Virus record (IMG/VR): IMGVR_UViG_3300037420_001751
DNA length: 20,000 nt
Direction: 5' to 3' (one strand)
From: an uncultured virus (IMG/VR IMGVR_UViG_3300037420_001751)
Lineage: Duplodnaviria; Heunggongvirae; Uroviricota; Caudoviricetes
The notes beneath the pieces are model-generated. The model worked only from the letters and a program-made list of their open reading frames with translations. It had not been told where the DNA came from and did no database searches. Within the stretch, counting starts at the first letter, position 1. Each line of letters begins with the position of its first letter. A program made the position numbers and the translations under genes. Shown one piece after another: positions 14,221 to 20,000 of the stretch.

Positions 14221-14894
14221 CCCGCACAACCTGGTTTATCCTGACACTCACTGCGCTCGCAGTTGCCTTCGTGTCCCAGCAAGACATCCTCGCGCTCATC
14301 CTGCTGGGCGCCGTCATCCCCATCATGGTCGAGTGGATCCTCGAACCCCGCCGCCGAACCCAAAGCCGTATGTCACCGTACAGCGACGTAGACAGCAACC
14401 AACTGGAAATCCACTACAAGGGCAAATATGTGCTCCTGCATCTGGACCCGGCGGACCTCCGGCAGACGGGGGAAGCTTTCTACGAACGTTTCCTGTACCC
14501 CGCGCTGATGCAACTGGAACTGCCTACCTCTTTCCATGTCGCCCAAAACACACATGACGAATTTGGCAACCCCATCAACCCGCCGTTGTTCTCCTACCTG
14601 CAGCCCGCCCCCGAGGACAAACCCATCGTGGAAGGTTGGGAGCAGCACGAAATCATTGTCGCGGAGAGCCAGTCGGATATCTACAATCCTTTAAGGGCTT
14701 TGTCGCTTGATAACAAGCGCAAAACCCTTTCCCGCTGGTCTTTTTCACGTGAAGAACGTCTCGCTATTTACCACGGCGCTGACCTGTGGCTCTGCCTGAT
14801 GAATTTCCGTCAGCCGCTGCAACCCGTCCAACTCTTCATCAGCAACCCGGCCCCGAACGTGACGGGCATGGAGGCCAACGAATGGCACCGCTAA
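14217..14894 (+). CDS. Hypothetical membrane protein
   Basis: GGAGG RBS; two N-terminal hydrophobic segments; C-terminal SRWSFSREERLAI...DLWL...PLQPV domain. Confidence 0.65.
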   Translation: MTRTTWFILTLTALAVAFVSQQDILALILLGAVIPIMVEWILEPRRRTQSRMSPYSDVDSNQLEIHYKGKYVLLHLDPADLRQTGEAFYERFLYPALMQLELPTSFHVAQNTHDEFGNPINPPLFSYLQPAPEDKPIVEGWEQHEIIVAESQSDIYNPLRALSLDNKRKTLSRWSFSREERLAIYHGADLWLCLMNFRQPLQPVQLFISNPAPNVTGMEANEWHR

Positions 14895-15241
14895 CTAACC
14901 CCTCCCTCGCCTTTCACAAGGATGCTTTCTCCCAACACGGCATTGTTTTCCGTCGCCACTTGCAAGAGGGCGACATTGTCGTGCTTCCTCCGGAAGCACG
15001 ATGGTGGCACCCGATCGACTTGTGGTGGCGCACGCTGAAACACCGTTTCCGCTATGACTTCACGGGTGCGATCGAACCAAAACCGTTGCCGCAAGGCTAT
15101 TACTACATTGGCAAATGCACGAGCGTAGACATTCAGTTTGGGGCTGGTACCATTGGACGCGTCGCGGGTTTCACGTGCATCTGCAAGTGCGGCAATCCGG
15201 ACTGCGCGGAAACTGGCGGGGAGCATGATGACAGACTTTAA
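14882..15241 (+). CDS. Hypothetical protein
   Basis: GGAGG RBS; C-terminal CICKCGNPDC cluster. Confidence 0.5.
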   Translation: MAPLTNPSLAFHKDAFSQHGIVFRRHLQEGDIVVLPPEARWWHPIDLWWRTLKHRFRYDFTGAIEPKPLPQGYYYIGKCTSVDIQFGAGTIGRVAGFTCICKCGNPDCAETGGEHDDRL

Positions 15242-15367
15242 GATTGGACAAGACATTCAAATCCCAACCACAGACGGTTACACACTGCACTGTCGTATCA
15301 TCAACATCCTTGCACCGGTACCCGCCTTCTTGTTACCACAACCGCGATTCAAAAAGAAAGGTTGCAC

Positions 15368-16000
15368 ATGGAATACCACAAAATCGAAACACTCTTCGAA
15401 CGCGACGAGCAAACGTTCAAAGTCAAACCGGGCGTCTTCAAAAACCGCACCTACTCGCTCCTCAAAAGCTGGGTCTGGACGGAAAAGATCGACGGGACGA
15501 ATATCCGACTGATCTACGAACCGCAAGTTCCGGGCATTACCGGGAGCCTCCGCATTGCGGGTAAGACGGATAAAGCCTCCGTCCCCGCGCAACTGGTGAA
15601 ATGGGCCTCCGACCCCGATCTGCTGAAACTGCTCGTCGTCACATTCCCCGATGCGCCGGTGGTCCTGTACGGCGAAGGCTACGGCGCCGGCATCCAGAAA
15701 GGCGGGGTCTACGCACAGCAACAAGGCTTTATCTTGTTTGATGTGCTCGTGGCTGGGAAGTGGTGGCTGAGTGACGAGAACATGCGCAACGTCGCATCCA
15801 AGCTCGCCCTCAAGGCAGTGCCGCTCGTGGGCACAATGTCTTTGGAACAGGCTACAGAAATGGTTCACCAGGGATTCGCGAGCCAGGTCGGTCAAGGTGC
15901 TCCAGCGGAGGGCTTAGTCGGCCGTCCCGCCGAGACGCTGTTTGACAAGAAAGGCGCCCGCCTCATCACCAAGCTGAAGACGAAGGACTTTGCCCGGTGA
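15368..16000 (+). CDS. ATP-dependent RNA ligase (Rnl2-like adenylyltransferase domain)
   Basis: Motif I TEKIDGTN, III LYGEGYG, IIIa FILFDV, IV EGLVGRP, V ITKLKTKDF; N-terminal YHKIETLF; no OB-fold domain. Confidence 0.85.
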   Translation: MEYHKIETLFERDEQTFKVKPGVFKNRTYSLLKSWVWTEKIDGTNIRLIYEPQVPGITGSLRIAGKTDKASVPAQLVKWASDPDLLKLLVVTFPDAPVVLYGEGYGAGIQKGGVYAQQQGFILFDVLVAGKWWLSDENMRNVASKLALKAVPLVGTMSLEQATEMVHQGFASQVGQGAPAEGLVGRPAETLFDKKGARLITKLKTKDFAR

Positions 16001-16140
16001 CGAAAGGGCAGTTCATCTTCATCGCGGCTCTAGTCCTATTGCAGCTAGGCGCGGCATGCGCGTACCTAGCTGCTAAGGATTACAAACGTGCCTTGTATTG
16101 GACGCTGGGCGCTGCGATTACTATTGTAGTTTCACTCTAA
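15997..16140 (+). CDS. Small two-TM membrane protein (47 aa, below the ORF-track cutoff)
   Basis: GTGA overlap with the ligase stop; MTKGQFIFIAALVLLQLGAACAYLAAKDYKRALYWTLGAAITIVVSL. Confidence 0.65.
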   Translation: MTKGQFIFIAALVLLQLGAACAYLAAKDYKRALYWTLGAAITIVVSL

Positions 16141-16155
16141 GCACAGGAGCACACA

Positions 16156-16446
16156 GTGAAAGTTGAAGTCACATTCTTCGCCGAAACCGAAGCGGACGAA
16201 GCGCACATCCAAACTGTCCGTTTAGCTCTCTCGTTGGCCTCCAACCTCGGGCTGAAACATTCCGCCGTTCGCGGCGAGGAAAACAAAGCGTTGACCATCA
16301 GCTACGCTCCCGATGTCATTCCGTCGGACTTCCTGTGCGGTTCTCTGGACTGTTTCACCCATCACTGTGGCGTGTGCCGGCAGCCCCGCACTGATGATCA
16401 TGAAAAGAATCCCTGCGTCCTCAAACCCAAACCCCTCACCCTTTAA
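16156..16446 (+). CDS. Hypothetical Cys/His-rich protein
   Basis: CACAGGAG RBS, GTG start. Confidence 0.6.
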   Translation: MKVEVTFFAETEADEAHIQTVRLALSLASNLGLKHSAVRGEENKALTISYAPDVIPSDFLCGSLDCFTHHCGVCRQPRTDDHEKNPCVLKPKPLTL

Positions 16447-16454
16447 GGAGCAAT

Positions 16455-16718
16455 ATGAACCTGTGGATTGCTGTACCCCTCTTCGTAGTTGTCGCTGCGC
16501 TGATTTTGCGCTGGAAGAAATTACGTGAAGAAGAGCTGTTAGTCTTCACGGCATTAGAAAATGCTGTCAAAAATGAGTACGACGTCTTCGTCAAATCCGC
16601 ACGTGAGGAAGCCTACGACCTTTATGATCAGGTTGCCGGCGCGGAGAACGTTGGCATCGATCGTCTGGAAGCACTGGTGGAAAAATGGCGCCTACAGAAG
16701 CGCGAGGACAGCGAATGA
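16455..16718 (+). CDS. Membrane-anchored hypothetical protein
   Basis: AAGGAG RBS; N-terminal TM segment. Confidence 0.65.
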   Translation: MNLWIAVPLFVVVAALILRWKKLREEELLVFTALENAVKNEYDVFVKSAREEAYDLYDQVAGAENVGIDRLEALVEKWRLQKREDSE

Positions 16719-17071
16719 GTGTAGTCACAAACGTAATCCTGTGCGCCGGAGCCGCTGAAGACGGTTATAAACCACTCCCCGAGACGGACGGCATCAAGTT
16801 CGTAAACGACTGGTTGCGGGACCTCCGGCCTGACGTCTCGCACAACGCTTTAGTCAACATCGAAGCACCGGACAACGGCAACTGGTACGGCGGAACAAAG
16901 CGTCTGGAGTGCTCCATTTGGGTCGGCGCCTTTAACTATCTGCCCGTAGAAGAATTCGTTGAAAGGGTAAAGGCTGCGCCCTGGCGAGATAAGGAATCAG
17001 TTCAACTCTTCATTAAGGAAGACGATGATCAACTCTTTCGCGAAAGGGTAGGAACGGGCGGACCTTTTTAG
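16715..17071 (+). CDS. Hypothetical protein
   Basis: ATGA overlap; GGTKRLECSIWVGAFNYL motif. Confidence 0.7.
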   Translation: MSVVTNVILCAGAAEDGYKPLPETDGIKFVNDWLRDLRPDVSHNALVNIEAPDNGNWYGGTKRLECSIWVGAFNYLPVEEFVERVKAAPWRDKESVQLFIKEDDDQLFRERVGTGGPF

Positions 17072-17113
17072 GCCGCCCCCGCCCACGCTAGTCTACACAT
17101 AGGAGAACAAGTT

Positions 17114-17302
17114 ATGCCGAAACAAACTAAACGAACCGGCCGTCCATCCAAAGCACAGGTTACCGCTCGCGAGGCGAAAGAAGCGGCGAGCAAGCATAAA
17201 TGGTATGTTAAGAAGGCGCAGCTCATCGCCCACTACGTGGACGAATATCCCCAGCTCGCTTCCGCCGCTAATATCCTCCAACTACTCACACGAAAAGACT
17301 AA
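17114..17302 (+). CDS. Small basic protein with AT-hook-like motif
   Basis: AGGAG RBS; KRTGRPSK. Confidence 0.55.
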   Translation: MPKQTKRTGRPSKAQVTAREAKEAASKHKWYVKKAQLIAHYVDEYPQLASAANILQLLTRKD

Positions 17303-17320
17303 TGTGCTAGAATCGCAGCG

Positions 17321-17581
17321 ATGAAATACCACAACCGCTACCGGACAATCGAGTGCATTCGGCAGACACTAGCCTTTGCATTTGAAAAGGAGGGTGCGAA
17401 CTGCCTTTTGTACACCGCTCAACGTCCGTATACGCTGGGGATGGTGCGCTTGTTCCTCCGCTGCGCAAAGGTTGCATACTACGAGGATTCGGATAACGCG
17501 TTTCTGTTCCCCAACGGCTCCGTTGTCCACGTTACCGAACCTCAGCCCCCTCCGCCGATGGTTCCGTTCTATGAGCAGTAG
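17321..17581 (+). CDS. Hypothetical protein (probably leaderless)
   Basis: TG-C-TAGAAT 7 nt before ATG. Confidence 0.55.
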   Translation: MKYHNRYRTIECIRQTLAFAFEKEGANCLLYTAQRPYTLGMVRLFLRCAKVAYYEDSDNAFLFPNGSVVHVTEPQPPPPMVPFYEQ

Positions 17582-17586
17582 TAACC

Positions 17587-17615
17587 TTACGAACAAAAAT
17601 TTTTGTTGTTAGTGT
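17587..17615 (+). promoter_or_regulatory. Promoter with palindromic operator-like site
   Basis: TTACGA-17-TAGTGT with CAAAAATTTTTG (17594-17605) in the spacer; same layout at 19085-19113. Confidence 0.6.
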
Positions 17616-17639
17616 AAGCACATCACAGGAGCGCACAGT

Positions 17640-18017
17640 ATGACCATCCTTGTCATGGGGTTGTCCCGCACGATTAATCAGCTAGACGTGTATGAACGCT
17701 TGTACAAGGAAATGCCTACGCTGATTGTCGGGATCGGCGCACGGCACGGCGCTGAAGTGTACGCCAAGCAGTGGGCCGCAACTAATCAGGTCCGATATGA
17801 AGTAGTAATGCCGCCTTATCAAATGCCCCACGGCATTTACGCGCTGGGTTGGGCCAAGCTGCATGAAAAGTATCCACCAGATCTTGTCCTTATTTTCCAC
17901 CCCCATTTTCCTGACGCGAATAAAGCAACGCGCTATTACGCGCAAAAGGCTCTCGAAAACAATATCAAAGTGGAGCTATACACCCATGGTATCTGGCTCG
18001 ATGTACAAACCGTCTGA
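17640..18017 (+). CDS. SLOG family (DUF2493/YspA-like) protein
   Basis: ILVMG, LIVGIGARHGAEVYAKQWA, PDLVLIFH...ATRYYAQKALENNIKV. Confidence 0.6.
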   Translation: MTILVMGLSRTINQLDVYERLYKEMPTLIVGIGARHGAEVYAKQWAATNQVRYEVVMPPYQMPHGIYALGWAKLHEKYPPDLVLIFHPHFPDANKATRYYAQKALENNIKVELYTHGIWLDVQTV

Positions 18018-18336
18018 AATCCTGCAAGCGGGCTTGAACCGCATGGACAGCGGTCGACGCTGGTCAAACAATGTCAAAGTCGAAGGCGACAAGTGCGAGT
18101 GCGTCTGGACGAGTTTCCACCGCTTCTCTAAGAGCGAGGAAACCCTCAGCTCCGCCGAGCGGTACGTTGTCGAAGCGATCTCGGAAACCGGTTACAAGTG
18201 GAAATGGAAAACTTACGAGCCGGCTCGCCTTTCCTACTGGATTTGGCAATGGAACGACCAAGCTTTCCGCACGTGGGCGCACGTGCAAGAAATGATGAAC
18301 CGCGCCATCCGGCTCGCGCAAAAGGACGGCAACTAA
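18001..18336 (+). CDS. Hypothetical phage protein (WND...RT motif)
   Basis: IWQWNDQAFRTWAHVQEMMNRAIRLA, a pattern seen in phage accessory proteins. Confidence 0.65.
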   Translation: MYKPSEILQAGLNRMDSGRRWSNNVKVEGDKCECVWTSFHRFSKSEETLSSAERYVVEAISETGYKWKWKTYEPARLSYWIWQWNDQAFRTWAHVQEMMNRAIRLAQKDGN

Positions 18337-18827
18337 TGTCCCGGCCCTATCGCTACGAAATCGATGACCGGAGCAACCCCAATGCGCCGTTCCGTATAGA
18401 CACCGGGGCGAACACGCACTGGATCAATGTGACACATCCCGAAACGATCAAGTTGATGACCAATTTGATCGATGAAGCGAACGAGCTGCGTCGGTACCGC
18501 AACTCTACAACGTGGCATACTACGTGCTTGTCGTGCCCCGACTTGTTGGATAAGAATTATGCGCAGTATGTCCAACTCGAGGCTATCAAGCTCGCCGTAG
18601 CCAAGGTCCGTCAGGCAAAGACCTGGGGCGAAGTGGACGATGCCGTGAGATTGTTCGACAAGGCCTACGAAGTCAGTAAAGTAGTCGCGATTGCGCCGAC
18701 GGAGGATGATCTCAATCGGCTCTCCCATATGGCCCTCGATAAACCCTTTGAGGAACTGTGCGAAAGCGCCCGCACAGTCCTACGTTTCCTATCACGCTAC
18801 ACGCACCGCCTCTGGAAGGATCGCTGA
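18336..18827 (+). CDS. Hypothetical protein
   Basis: TAATG coupling; AAGGA RBS. Confidence 0.65.
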   Translation: MSRPYRYEIDDRSNPNAPFRIDTGANTHWINVTHPETIKLMTNLIDEANELRRYRNSTTWHTTCLSCPDLLDKNYAQYVQLEAIKLAVAKVRQAKTWGEVDDAVRLFDKAYEVSKVVAIAPTEDDLNRLSHMALDKPFEELCESARTVLRFLSRYTHRLWKDR

Positions 18828-19069
18828 TGCATTGGCACTGTGACATTCTCGGGTACGGCTTTGCTTGGCAATGCTGGACTATTGACCTGTGCAACAGCCG
18901 GCGCACCCTTGCTCGGGTTGTCTTGCTGAATCGCAAGACGCCATTCCCCTGGCGCAGTTGGGGCTGGTTTTGGACAGCGGAGCAGGGCATTGGCTGTCTG
19001 ACGTATGAAACATTTCACGAAGGCAAAATGACGGGATGGCGTTTGCGCGGCCCGGTGGAGCGATTCTAA
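18827..19069 (+). CDS. Trp-rich hypothetical protein
   Basis: TGATG coupling; GAAGGA RBS. Confidence 0.5.
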   Translation: MHWHCDILGYGFAWQCWTIDLCNSRRTLARVVLLNRKTPFPWRSWGWFWTAEQGIGCLTYETFHEGKMTGWRLRGPVERF

Positions 19070-19084
19070 GGAGCAGGCTACACC

Positions 19085-19113
19085 TTAAGTTCAAAAATTT
19101 TTGCTGTTATATT
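19085..19113 (+). promoter_or_regulatory. Promoter with palindromic operator-like site
   Basis: TTAAGT-17-TATATT, extended TG, CAAAAATTTTTG at 19092-19103. Confidence 0.65.
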
Positions 19114-19139
19114 TGTCCTAGTAAACACAGGAGACCACA

Positions 19140-19352
19140 GTGCTGAAGCTTACCGATGTAGTAGACCCTCGCGCGTTGCAGTCATTCATTCAAAACGAGT
19201 GCCAGGAAAATTCGATCGATGAGCAGGAAGGCGAGGAAGCGCGAAAGGAAGCCTCCGACATCCTTTCCGCCGTCACCGTCCATTGCTGCCCATGCACGGA
19301 GCAAATGCTCACCCTCCTTGCTCTGTTCCTGCGCAAGCAAAAGGTCAATTAA
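19140..19352 (+). CDS. Hypothetical protein
   Basis: CACAGGAG RBS, GTG start. Confidence 0.6.
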   Translation: MLKLTDVVDPRALQSFIQNECQENSIDEQEGEEARKEASDILSAVTVHCCPCTEQMLTLLALFLRKQKVN

Positions 19353-19364
19353 GGAGGAGGCCGC

Positions 19365-20000
19365 ATGAAGCCAGCTACCCAGTTACCCGCCCCGCTCCGA
19401 GATTCGATTCTGGCGATATTGCCCCTTGAACCCTCGCAAGTCATAGAGAGACTTCGCGGGAAGTTTGAGGCTCACGCGATCCGTGAAGCCCTGTCACAGT
19501 TATTGGCGACTAAGCAGATTCAGATGGACGACGCGCAAGTTCTCGCTGCCGCCCCTACCCAGTTACCCGCCGTAGCGACCGCCCGACCGCACCAAGAAAC
19601 GGCGAAGGATCGTTTCGTTCTCGAGAGTCACGTCGGTCCTTGCGTATGGATGGCTGATTGTAAGAACAACGGCACGCATCACTGTGTTCTGGAAGGCGAC
19701 CACACAGAACATCGCTGTAACGAATACTGCGGATTTACATGGCAGAGCGCCCCATCCCCCGCCCGACAGCAGGAAGCGCCCGCCGCCAATTTCATTCAGC
19801 AGCTACCGGGCGGATTCTGTCTCGCGCACGGACGGTATGACAGCGGTACGCAATGCCCGAAGTGGCCAGCGTGTATCACCGATCCGCAGCCGTTCAAAGA
19901 GGAGGCCACCGGGGGCCGCGAGCGGGAGATCGCGGAGCGACTCAAGCGAATCACGCCGGGAACGTGGCTCTACAACTCTTACAACCTCGTCGCGACCATC
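19365..20000 (+). CDS. Mosaic phage accessory protein, truncated at the window edge
   Basis: AAGGAGGAGG RBS; open to 20000 (MKPATQLPAP...); two Cys/His clusters and an Ead/Ea22-like LKRITPGTW motif near the end. Confidence 0.65.
   Translation, partial: MKPATQLPAPLRDSILAILPLEPSQVIERLRGKFEAHAIREALSQLLATKQIQMDDAQVLAAAPTQLPAVATARPHQETAKDRFVLESHVGPCVWMADCKNNGTHHCVLEGDHTEHRCNEYCGFTWQSAPSPARQQEAPAANFIQQLPGGFCLAHGRYDSGTQCPKWPACITDPQPFKEEATGGREREIAERLKRITPGTWLYNSYNLVATI

Noticed and set aside
14900..14935. SLAFHKDAF resembling a P22-type coat protein motif
   Set aside because: Only nine residues in a short unrelated ORF in the accessory arm; insufficient to call a capsid gene or remnant
15225..15512. 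Short ORF MMTDFKIGQ... before the ligase
   Set aside because: Plausible RBS, but half of it overlaps the ligase in another frame; not enough support to list as a feature
13253..15895. Long minus-strand ORFs (13253-13852, 15278-15895) in the right arm
   Set aside because: Antisense to the well-supported SLOG and RNA ligase genes

Overview
A 20 kb segment of a tailed dsDNA phage or prophage, arranged in two divergent arms around a non-coding gap at about 12.5-13.1 kb. The left arm (minus strand) runs from a terminase small subunit-like gene (12010-12495), through small regulatory and accessory genes, an HEXXH peptidase and an HNH endonuclease, to the terminase large subunit, portal and head scaffold. 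The right arm (plus strand) is a run of small accessory genes, including two SLOG-type proteins and an ATP-dependent RNA ligase. The main observation is a ~1.27 kb non-coding RNA cassette (about 6203 to 4938, minus strand) with its own sigma70-type promoter and terminator, inserted between terS and terL. It holds (i) a complete circularly permuted two-piece tmRNA with a G3-U70 alanine acceptor stem, tag (A)GKTTVSNVVPFAPKKAMAMAAAA* and a structured 125-nt intervening segment, (ii) a ~365-nt highly paired RNA that may be ROOL-like, (iii) an oversized tRNA-like RNA closed by a perfect 22-bp inverted repeat, and (iv) further hairpin RNAs. Other patterns include probable leaderless genes, a CACAGGAG extended ribosome binding motif, 12-bp periodic operator-like arrays and a 17-nt periodic triple hairpin upstream of the scaffold gene. 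All calls were made by eye; no database search or folding program was run.
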